From NCBI GenBank assembly GCA_040357565.1, contig JBDODJ010000072.1: 57,738 nucleotides of DNA; one strand, given 5' to 3'. A program made the translations under genes and the position numbers. Positions 47,563-57,738 of this stretch are shown piece by piece. The notes under the pieces are model-generated. The model ran no database searches. It saw nothing but the letters and a program-made list of their open reading frames with translations, and was not told the origin of the DNA. Source of the stretch: Cercozoa sp. M6MM (Eukaryota; Protista; Endomyxa: Ascetosporea). The stretch's first letter is position 1; each line of letters opens with the position of its first letter.

Positions 47563-49714
47563 TCAGATCGCCTCGCCAACAGCAGCGCGGTTGGCAGCGC
47601 TCTGGGCACGCAGATCGCTGAGGAGATTCTTGCGCAAGTTGCGCGTCTTGCGGGTACTGCGCAACAGCGTCACATGACGAGAACACAACATGAAAGAGGG
47701 TAGGCACAAGCACACCTCAACTCGGCCAGTGGCACGCCGTGCTGCTGCAGCGCGCGTTTCTCCAGGAGTTCCCGAAGCTCCTCCTCATCTTGCTTGGCCT
47801 GAGACAGAAAGGGGTCGAACATCTGACACTAACTCAGATGAAAGGAGTACCCTCTTTTGAGTCAACTCGGCGTTCTTGAGCATTTCTGACAGACTGGTAG
47901 TTTTCAACTGAGACAAATCCAGCTCTCTGTGCAGACACACGCACACATACAAGTACACTCAAAAACTAGACAAACACATCTGCAAGTACGAGTATACTCT
48001 TGTTGCACGTTGGGCTTGTCTTCAGCTGACTCGGTCGGCGGTGGCGGCGGGTACAGCTTGGAGGCAACTAGACTCGCACAGACCTGCATCGACAGGGTGC
48101 TCGCGAAGTAGAGCGGCATGAGGGCGTCCTGTTGCGCCACAACTGGCAGGAAGATGAAGGGCAGGCCGCGGATGAGCCACTTGCCCTTCTTGGACGAGAG
48201 TAGCTTCACGAGCGGATTGTTCTGGACCGTCGAATTCATCTGCTGCTGCGACACCATCTGCCTCTGCATGAAGGCCGTGTAGGCCGACGACGCCAGTGCG
48301 AACGACACCGGCACGGCAAAGTACGGATCCGGCATCGTCAAATCCGTGATCCTAAGGACACAGGGAGTATCACAGTGCAACACAGGGCACACAGGGCAAA
48401 CGGCAAAGTGTACCAAGAAAAGCCACCCTCAGAGAGCGAAGGGAAGCGCTCCCACAGCGATCGCAGACCCACAAACATTGGCATCGACGTCGCCATCGTG
48501 TAGACCAAGTTGCCCAGCACCGGCAGCAGAGGTGGTCGCGCCTTGAAGTGCTCCATCATGTCCTGCTGCGCCGTCACGCGATCGGCCTGTACACACAGAC
48601 AGACACATTGTGGAGGGGTGACATTGTGGAGGGGTGAGCCAGGCATAAAAAGGGCCTGTACCATGCTCTTGCTCGTGGTCATGCGCGACTGGAGCTTCTG
48701 AAAGTGTTGCTGCCACTCGCGCATTTTCGGCTGGTACTTTTGCGCGCGCATGAAGAGCGCGATACCCGGTGCACGCACCAGCACCGATAAGCCAATGACC
48801 GACGCCCACCACGGCAGACCCTGTCAGTCACACATACACATATATTTATACACACACACATACATACATACATACATACATACATACATACACATACATA
48901 CATACATACATACATACATACATACATACATACATACATACATACATACACATACACACATACATACATACATACATACATACATACATACATACATACA
49001 TACATACATACNNNNNNNNNNTACATACATACATACATACATACATACATACATACATACATACATACATACGTACGTACATACATACATACATACATAC
49101 ATACATACATACATACATACATACATACATACACACATACATACATACATACATACATACGTACGTACATACATACATACATACATAGGCACACACGAGA
49201 TAAACTACCGAGGTCTCATGCACAAAGCCCAGCAGATCGTGAACACCCGTGATGATGGAGCCCTGCAGCACAAATATAACACCCACTCCCCAGCGTACAC
49301 ACAGAAGAGTCTCTCTACATGGTCGTAGTCGAACAGGCCGTGTTCGATTTCGAGTGCTCTCAACTCGTCAGCCGACAGAGTCAACGGGTCCTATCGCAGC
49401 ACACAAAAGACCCAGTGACCTGTACGACCGGTTTACTCACAGGTCAAGCACAAGGAGCGACTTACAACACCAAGCTCGGCAAGTTTCTCGGCCACCGACT
49501 GCTTCACGGCATCGTCCGCGGCAATGCCCGCCATCTCGCTGTTTGGGCCAGTGATGGTGGCAGCAGCACTGTTGAATGACGCCGGGTCGGCCGAGTGGTC
49601 CAGCGACATGGCCTCGTCCATGTTGATAATACGCGGACCAGCCCCGGCTGCGCCCTCACTCGCGAATCGCGCTTGTCGCGCCGCGCGCCGAGCCACTGCG
49701 CTAACACACCGCAT
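47563..49714 (-). CDS. OXA1: Mitochondrial Oxa1/YidC-family inner-membrane insertase
   Basis: Arg/Ala-rich presequence MRCVSAVARRAARQARF, then GLPWWASVIGLSVLVR, PMFVGLRSL..PSLSEGGFSW|ITDLTMPDPYF and LYFASTL, and a basic coiled C-tail ending GEAI* (TGA 47563-47565). COX18 is not fully excluded. Confidence 0.85.
48830..49186 (-). repeat. Long (TATG)n intronic microsatellite in OXA1 with 10-N gap
   Basis: (CATA)n on the + strand, which is (TATG)n on the sense strand. Confidence 0.95.
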
Positions 49715-49861
49715 GCTTACTTAACACGCACGCACACGCACTAGGTGCCACAGGAACGTCGCGAGTACTGTACTGTACATCCAGTACTGTTTTTAAGGAC
49801 GCGTTGAATAAAAAGCGACACTCGTGTCATCTCGAATTTGGGTCCGGATGGAATAATCAAG

Positions 49862-49945
49862 CTCTAGCCGAGCTGCACAGTGTGTTGAGCGCCTATCACT
49901 CTAGTGCACGGTGTTTCGAGCGCCAGTACTCTAGCCGAGCTGCAC
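49862..49945. promoter_or_regulatory. 17-bp direct repeat CTCTAGCCGAGCTGCAC in the divergent OXA1/Zn-finger intergenic region
   Basis: Exact copies at 49862-49878 and 49929-49945, with a partial CTCTAGTGCAC between them. The regulatory role is inference. Confidence 0.35.
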
Positions 49946-50141
49946 GCCGACCAAAAACCAAGGTGCGCTACGGTAGCTTTCCCAGGGCCGGTGCCAAATG
50001 CCCAGCCGAAAGGCCTTTTCTCGTTTTCATTGAGCCAGGTAACGTGCGGTGAGTCCCATGTGCACAGGTAACACGGCGGCCGACGCAGACAGAAGTGATC
50101 ATTGGAGGTGAATCAAAAACCGTGAGTTCGCGCTCTGCCGG

Positions 50142-50776
50142 ATGTCATCCGAGGCCGGTGCACAAGTACCAGGCGCTGGGTTCGGTACTTTCGTCACTTG
50201 GATGGGTAGGAGAGGTGTGCCAGGCGACATTGTATCTAAGAAATGCACGGTTGTCTCTGCATAATCGGCAGTGCACGCCAGACTAGGTGAGGCCAGACTA
50301 GGCGAGGCGGGTGCTTCGCCATCGCGCAGCAGTGCCGTGCCGCGCTCGCCAGCAGCAGCTGCGGCAGGTGTGCTTTCAAGCAACACGGCCCTGCAATTGG
50401 CGATCCCAACACAGGCGCAGGTGTGCAGTGTCCCAGCAACACAGGCAGGTGTAGCTCATGCTGGTGTAGCCGGTGCGCCTGTTGCACAACGCACGCAGGT
50501 CGCAACAGCAAGGCAACAGCTACAGCTGCAGCAGCAGCGACAGTGGCAGCAACAGCAGCGGCAGAAGCAGGGCGGCCTTTCCCTTCAGACGAAAGAAACG
50601 ACTGATGAAACGAAAGGCGAGAAGAAGAACGCTCTTGCCGTCGTCGATCAGTCGATGCTGATGTTCGGCCTCGTGTCACCTGCCCCTCTGCTGACTGCAG
50701 GTACACCTCTTGCATCACCTGCACTTCCAACCGATCTTGGCCACGCTCATGTGTTTGCATGTGTGTGTGTCTGTGT

Positions 50777-50820
<44 letters not shown>

Positions 50821-52056
50821 CGGCAGCTGTCGAAGCGGTGGTCTCGTCGGCATCGGAGGCAGGATCACCTGGCACGCCGAGCTCTGCCGAGCCTCTAATT
50901 GTTGTGGGTACTGTCCTCCCTCACTCTATCTCGATTTCTCTGCATGGTCTGTGTGTGTGTATGTAGTGAACTCACCGAAGGACACGCCACCCGAAGCAGG
51001 CGCGTTGTCAAAGATGCCGCCTGGGCCAATGGGTGCTAAGCCCACGAGCGGCAAGGAGGCTTCGCACAGAGGCGAGTCCACCAGTAGGAGTCTACCCAAG
51101 CAGCAGCACAAGACAGGTCGCAGCACATCGGCGCAGTCGGTGTCGGTAAGCACTGCAGGTGCAGTCATGTCGACGCTGCAGCGACCCGGCAAGGCTACAC
51201 ACTGTGCCGAGGACTTCGAGGAGAGTACTGTCGCCAGTTCCGACGGCAGTGTCGACGGTAGCACCACCACCAACAACAACGGCAATAACAACAGCAACAA
51301 CAACAACACTGATTTCACCGCCCACAAGGACAGCACGCAGCAGCAGCAGCAGAAGCGAGGCCTGACAGGCAAAGCCAAGCAGACGATGCGACTGGACCAG
51401 CTGCGACTGCACTCGGACGTGTCGTCGCCCTTCCTGCGGCAGCATTCGTGGGCCGACCTGCACGAGGACAACACGCCCAACGTCTCTCAACTCGACCTGC
51501 CGGTCAAGAAGCCGCGCACGCGACGAGTCAAGCCGACGAAACTCCATGTGAGCGGCGCTTCGCGTCGTCGAGGACTCCGTAACAACCAGTGTTCCCTGGT
51601 CCTCTCTGTCTACGTGTGCCACTGATATACAGGGCCAGGAAAGGAGCCAACGACGCCGCTGGAGAGACTCGCGTCGGTGGCCGTGTCCATGTCGATGGGA
51701 TACGGTGTGCCGCCTACCCCCGCCGGTGTCGTCGGTAGCGCCGTCAGCGAGAAGCGGCCGCGTCCGACTCCGACGCCGACGTCGATCTCGCTGCCACCGA
51801 CACCGACAACTGCTTGTACCACTTGAGCACTGCCCACCTCAATGCCACTCCAGAGGTCTTAAACCTCGCTGTCGCTTGTGTAGTGGGAGTGAGTGCACTC
51901 GTGTCCAAGCCGTCGACGCCGGTGTCGGCAACGCCGGGAGCTACGCCGGCCGTTGTTGCCGAGCTGAGTGAGCCTCCGCGCAAGCGACGCCGCCGCACGC
52001 TGCCGCTGCAGATGCTTGCCGAGAATGTACCCCCCCCCCCCCCCCAGCCACCCACA

Positions 52057-52103
<47 letters not shown>

Positions 52104-53689
52104 CTCGCCCTGTATGCGTATTAGCATGTATGCGTGTATCCTATGACAGGTAATGTCGGAGAGTGCGAATCCACTGGTGCGACTGGCGGCGCACAAGCTG
52201 CAGATGCTGTCGCCCAAGCCATCCCTGTCGCTGCTCACTCCGACGACAGCAGGAGCAGCAACAACGGCGGCAACGACTGCAGCGGCTGCAGCTGCGACGA
52301 CAAAGACAGCGACACTGGCGCCGCCTGTGGCAGTGGTGGGACTGCCCTCACTGTCTGTCGGTACGAGTGGCGGCGGTGTTCACGCTGCTTCTGGCAAGAG
52401 AAGCGTCAACAACAGCAACAGTGGCGGCAGCAGCATGTCTGGCAAGAAGCACAAGAAACCCAAAGGCAGAGTTACCGATAAAGGAGACGATCCTTCCTCT
52501 GGTAGCCATGTGTCTTATCTTGGCACACACACGCACTCGCACACACACTTTACTCCCCCTCTCTTGCCCTGTCTAGACTTTGAGTTGGACGACGACGAGC
52601 GCCGCCAGTTGATGCTCGAGCAGCAGCAGCAGACCGGTCGAGCACAGCGTCTGCGTGACTGTATGCGCACCTGCACACATATGTACTGTCCATGTGTACC
52701 CCCTGTGTGCAGCAATGGATGACGACGGTGACGACGTCAGTCTGACTTCGCCCTCATCTTCGTATTAAATCTTTGATGCCCCCCCCCCCCTTATCCCTTT
52801 CTATCTCTCCGTGTCTCAACAGTATTCGTATGGAGGAGGAGGAGGAGGAGGGCGACCTGGAACCGAACGAACTCGTCGCACGACGTGTCGCAGAACACCG
52901 GCGCATGGCCGTACCTTCGTCATCACACTCGTGTTACCTTTTTCACACACCTCCTTTTTACGATCAGCGGCCGCGCACACGGCGGCGACGTACCTACCAC
53001 GATGCTCCGCGCACGCGCTTTCGCTATGCCATGCGCGGGTATTCCTTTCCCTGCCTACACCAGTGTCCTTTGCTACCTTCTGGGTTTTCAGACCAAACAA
53101 ACAGCAAAAACGCAAGCGTGCGTCGAGCTCGGTCAAACAGCCACGCAAGCGCAGCGCCGACATTTCCGACCTCGACTTTGTTGAGTACCTCATCATGGAC
53201 TCGGACAAAGTAAGACACATGCATACTCACACACACGGGCTGTCAGTCGGTGGTGTATGTGTGTGTATATTTGTGTGTGTGTGTACAGTCACTGCCGGTG
53301 ACGCACGCGTGGCGTCGAATTCGCGTGTGGATCAACGAGCGCAATATGATCTTCTACGACTGCGAGTGCGGCCGACGCAAGCCGGTGCAGGATCTCAACA
53401 AGATCAAGAAGCACGCCACCGAGGTAGAGCACGTGCTGGCCGACGCCAAGGGCAACAAGATTAAGGCCAAGGGCCACGCGCCGCTCTCGGTGCTTAACAC
53501 GCCGATCGAGGGCGAAAACGATGACAATGACAACGACGACACCAACAGCAGCACCAAAAACAACAAGGACAACGTGGACGATACCGCTGAACCTGCGCAG
53601 GCACTGCCGCGATCACGACAGCGACGACAGGTACCACAGGTGCCGGTGCAGGTCGACGGTGTCGGTACTCATCACTCCCCTGCCTCTGT

Positions 53690-53742
<53 letters not shown>

Positions 53743-53752
53743 NNNNNNNNNN

Positions 53753-53800
<48 letters not shown>

Positions 53801-54150
53801 TACGCCCACTTTGCGCAGAGGTGCCTCAAATTCCGCAATTGTTATCACCGCCTGCCCCACATGTAAGACGCTTTAGTTTGCCCATCTCTGTATACTCCAC
53901 GTTTCGGCAAACAGATACTATCGCAGCAACAACAACCTTCAATTCCGATCGACACTCATCTCGCTCTCAATCTTTTGCGTGTTAATATGGTACATGTGGT
54001 TCAGTGCCCTACTGCGTCGCTTCAAGCACTGTGATTTGCTCTTGACAGGACCCGCAGGTGCTATCGCCCCTGCTACAGTTCGCGCCACCCCAGCATCACC
54101 AACAAAAACACCGGCAGCAACAACAAGGTCAACAAAAACGACAACAGTAA
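50142..54150 (+). CDS. Low-complexity (Q/A/S/T-rich) nuclear protein with a late atypical Cys/His Zn-finger-like domain
   Basis: Multi-exon GT-AG model from MSSEAG to ..QKRQQ* (TAA 54148-54150). NLS-like PRKRRRR and KRKR. Globular block DFVEYLIMDSDK|SLPVTHAWRRIRVWINERNMIFYDCECGRRKPVQDLNKIKKHATEVEH. Confidence 0.6.
53687..53799 (+). repeat. (TG)n intronic microsatellite with 10-N gap
   Basis: Directly visible. Confidence 0.95.
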
Positions 54151-54677
54151 CCTCACATTGCATACATACCGTACCAATTCGGATCGGATCCGATCGCGCG
54201 ACTGGGCACACTCCGCTCGACTGTCGTATCGACCTCTCCGATACTGGTTATGTATTCATACGATACATCATTCGGTGGATGCGATAGTGTACAGTCCACC
54301 CTGTCGTGTGGTCGAGAACCCTCAAGTCGTCTTGACCGGGGAGTACAGTAGATAGATAGCGCTTAGTGCCCAAAGTTGTGAAAATAGTGAAAAAGTCGTG
54401 GCACTGGTTTCGCACGAAGAACGGCCTCAGTATAGCACTGACATATTAGACTAGCACTCAAGTCAAGCGGCAAGGCAACGCAGCTTGGAAGTTATTCAAA
54501 GTGAAAGCCCAGCATCGTCCAGTATCGCAAGAATATGCTATTCGGACCAACAGGAACACCTTGGAGAAATGATGCTGTACCTTCGCAATTTTAATTACCT
54601 CAAGCTGTGTGATATCTTCAAGCGACTCCAAGCGAGCTGCGCCCTATGAAACAACATGTTTGAGTTGAATGTTAGAT

Positions 54678-57600
54678 TTATTTCAGGGAAGAAGCGCGTG
54701 AGTGAACAAGAGGACTGACATTCGTATGTGGAGTAGAGAAAGGTGCTGTCTCGTCAGCATGCTGCTTTGCTTTTCCGAAGATGGTGGTAGCAAGTCGGAC
54801 CTATATTTGTTGTCGCCGGGAAGTAACTCATGTGAACATGGACTTTAACTCTCATGAACTTACGCTGCGTTGCATGTCTTTTGGCAATTGCGAAAAATTA
54901 GACACCCATTGCATCAGCTGTTCCGCTTCTCGAGCACTCGTTGATTTCTGCACAGTGTGAGATAGCATAATACCATGTTAAACATGCGTGAAAAGTTGTT
55001 TAAGCAATCAAAAAATCCGAATTACAAGGAAATCCTTGAAAGGAAGCCCATTGTCATGGCAAGAAAATAGTGTTGCCAGGTGGATGTGCGAACTAATGAA
55101 TTTAATTGTTTTCGAGTACAAATAAAACACCCTCTTTTTGCGCGCTTTCAAACAGCCTGCTTGGTGGCACAAGCGAGTACTTCGTCGAAGAGTCAAGGTT
55201 GCCTGGTTGCAGCACATGAACTTATTAACTCCGAGTTCGGAACGCGATTAAGGCTGAGGAAACTTGAAGAATTTACAGAAGTTGCGGCAAATGCCGCTGA
55301 CGAAGTCGGCTCGTGTGCGAGGTACCGATGTCATTGGCATGAGTATTTTTGCAACCAAGGATGTCACCAATTCCGCCGAAGGGTTTCGTCCAAAGACTCT
55401 ACAGAATCAGGTTTCGATAAACTTACGAGGCCAGCAGAAACGCATACCGAACAAAATTGGCTTGCACTCGATCGACGTGTGAGGCAGACAACCGTCTCAT
55501 GGGAGACGAAAGGTTAAGTTCTCGTTCAGACCCACTACATATACCATCATGAACATTGGGACACGCAATTACAAATGTTTAAATTTAAACTAAACTTACC
55601 TGTAAAAGTAAGTGGACTTAATCTTCTCGCAGATAAGTGTCAACGTGCAGATCAGTAAGCAGGCTAGCGTGACGTATTTGCTTTGAGGGGACTGATTTCT
55701 GTTCGATGCTATTGAAACTGCTGTGCTCGTAGAGAATTCTCCGAGTACTTCAGTTGAGCGTGCTTGAATGCGTACCCTGGGTATACTAATTTATCTCGAT
55801 TGCCTCAAACATGGGGTGGTAAATTAGATCATTTTCCAGTAGAGCAAAAGTGTGTTTTTCTACCGACAGTTTTCTTCACTAGAGCGTGATCCAGGGGTCA
55901 ACCGTTTATCTGGAAGCACGGTTGGAACAGATTCGACTTGTCGATTATCATAGCACTTCAGAAGTGCGATCAGCCTTGCCCTCAACCTCAAAAATGATGC
56001 GACGTCTCGGAGGAACAACGGCAATTCCTCAGTGTGGGATCTATGACAGTACTTGATGAAGTAGGTGCACGCAATCGGGTCGGATATCACCTGTGCCACA
56101 CATAAATTTACGCATCACCGATAATTGTTTCTACCATTAAACCTAAATCCAACGCATACGGTTGGGAGTGTTAGGTCAGCTGCGACAGATGCGCCACTTT
56201 GTCGAACGGTGTCACTCGGAAATACCAAACTTTCTGGCCCTGGTTAAAAAAAAATGATCTAAACTTAATTCAATATTCCTGGGCGTAGAGACGCAAACCA
56301 GACTACTAAACTTAGTTAAAAAATACCAAAATCTCGCAGAGTGGCGGTACTGGAAGACGTATCAAATACCTTTCTCCTTGTAGCTTGAGACAGACGCAGG
56401 TGAGAAGCAAAGTAGAGTAACGGTATTAAGAGGCCGCTGGCCGCCAAGGCGACAAACAACAGATGCAACGCCATCGTAAACTGCGGCAAAACGATACGTC
56501 ACAGACATACACTTACGAACTACGACAAAAAGGTAAAGGGAGTTGAAGGGTAAAGGGAGTAAACAATCAGTCGCGTCGCTGTTGTTCGAGCAAACTGCAG
56601 CACAAAAACGCCGGATCCTATCAACACGCTGAAAACTGCAACGACCGCATTCCACTCCAGCTCTCGTGCGTTAATGGGTAAACCTCGGGCTCGAAGACTT
56701 ATCTAAAGCGTAAAACACTGCGTGTACAAGTTTCTGACGAATCACACTTTTACACCATTGCACAGTGAACCTGGACCAGCCACAAGGCGAAAATAACATC
56801 GACAACGAACAGCAACTGCAGAGGCCATGGCAAGTGACCACTACACAAAAAACAAATTATGTGGGAGAGTAGGCAGTTTTCCTTATCCTTATTGAGAAAA
56901 AACTGAAATTTACTCTCTCCAAGCGCACTGCTCCAGGTACGCTACGGCGGTGTAGGTTTCCCCTTTGTGCTGTTGAAACACTACTTGTTCTTGGTATTGT
57001 TTCGTTTTGGGAGATTTCGTGAGTGCAACTCCGATAAGCAGCATGTTTAGCCCCACGAGCGACGGAAGAAGGACGACCAATCGATAGCTAGGAACCAGGA
57101 CGAGGCGAAACTGCCAAAGACAACCAGTAAGCAAGGCCACGCCTTTTTTTGTTTAGCCTACCCCTGCCACTTCATACGCTCGCCAGCATCTAGCGAAGGT
57201 CGATGACAAAAATATGATCCAAAGAACGACAAAGCATGAGTCTGCTCAGACAGGTTGTGAACGGAGATGGAACGTCGTTTTCCCACCCAGTTGAATATGG
57301 TAGAAGTTACCGCTAATGAAGCATCTTTTCGGTGTATTCTCCTCGCCAAATTGTAGAATAACCCAAAGCAGCAGTCCGCACAGCGACGCAATTTGGCAGA
57401 ACAAAAACAAGGGCTCTCTTCTCGTTATTATCGGGTCTCGGCGAAGGGCGACGGGCAAGGCACCGCTGTCATCAATGGGAGTGCACAAACGATGTAAACG
57501 ACAAATCAAACCTACATACATATTGCGAACAGAATAACTCCAGCGGCGGCTTGGAAAGCGTAAGCCGTGGCTGAGTCAGATGGTATTGTCGTGCAGTGTG

Positions 57601-57738
57601 TCCTTGCTCCGGAAGGAAGCTCAGGTGCTGCTGTTTTGTCGCAATGCTGCCCGCTGTACTCCCATGTAATAACGTGTTTCAGCGTCTTGGCTTCGCAAAG
57701 TGGGCTTGTAATCTAAATTATAAACAAATTCATGTGGC
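54678..57738 (-). CDS. Class-C (family 3)-like 7TM receptor fused to a C-terminal RGS domain (5'-partial; 3' end may extend to ~54400)
   Basis: TM1-7 include RRDPIITRREPLFL, FARCWRAY, LEQCAW, LRARGLPINARE and GLLIP. The RGS part reads LTLPT|VISDPIACTYFIKYCHRSHTEELPLFLRDVASF, KIKSTYFY|SGSERELNLSSPMR, PSRLFESAQKE and FKDFL|KS. Confidence 0.8.

Noticed and set aside
48679-49328. ORF-track proteins such as (MYVC)n, (HTYI)n, (CV)n, (HT)n
   Set aside because: These are translations of intronic microsatellites and N gaps, not genes. The same applies at ~24300-24680, ~26540-26880, ~32050-32730 and ~53500-53990.
1-57738. Stop-codon reassignment
   Set aside because: In-frame stops in real genes vanish on GT-AG splicing, and TAG (HGD), TGA (CFAP43, OXA1) and TAA (desaturase, POMP, DENN) all end genes.
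1-57738. Minor (AT-AC/U12) or generally non-canonical introns
   Set aside because: Nearly all traced junctions are GT-AG and I saw no RTATCCTT donor. Only the RGS junction at ~55100 is unresolved.

Overview
Gene-dense, intron-rich eukaryotic DNA, probably from a flagellated protist. It uses the standard genetic code and short (~40-200 nt) GT-AG introns. The 10-N and 100-N gaps at microsatellites point to a short-read scaffold. Hand-splicing gives about 15 protein-coding genes, mostly in divergent pairs: HGD (5'-partial); CFAP47 head-to-head with CFAP43; a hypothetical gene opposite a PEDS1/TMEM189-CarF-type desaturase; POMP/UMP1 opposite a DENN protein that also carries an ENTH-like domain and an endocytic-motif tail; a poly-SIM protein; a UDP-glucuronate 4-epimerase with a C-terminal extension; a probable GPI-anchored surface glycoprotein; a divergent kinase opposite an MRG15/Eaf3-like gene; OXA1 opposite an atypical Zn-finger gene; and a 5'-truncated class-C-like 7TM receptor fused to an RGS domain. 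The most unusual signals are in the introns of the GC-rich genes. Many are built from ~10-bp-periodic TTAC-CCC units and poly(C) tracts that sit mostly on the sense strand, several carry a recurring TGGAC-N-GTCCA palindrome, and the donor consensus is GTAC with little +5 G. The DENN-ENTH and 7TM-RGS fusions, and two frame breaks I could not fix with plausible canonical splicing, also stand out. All family calls come from motif recognition by eye; no database searches were run.
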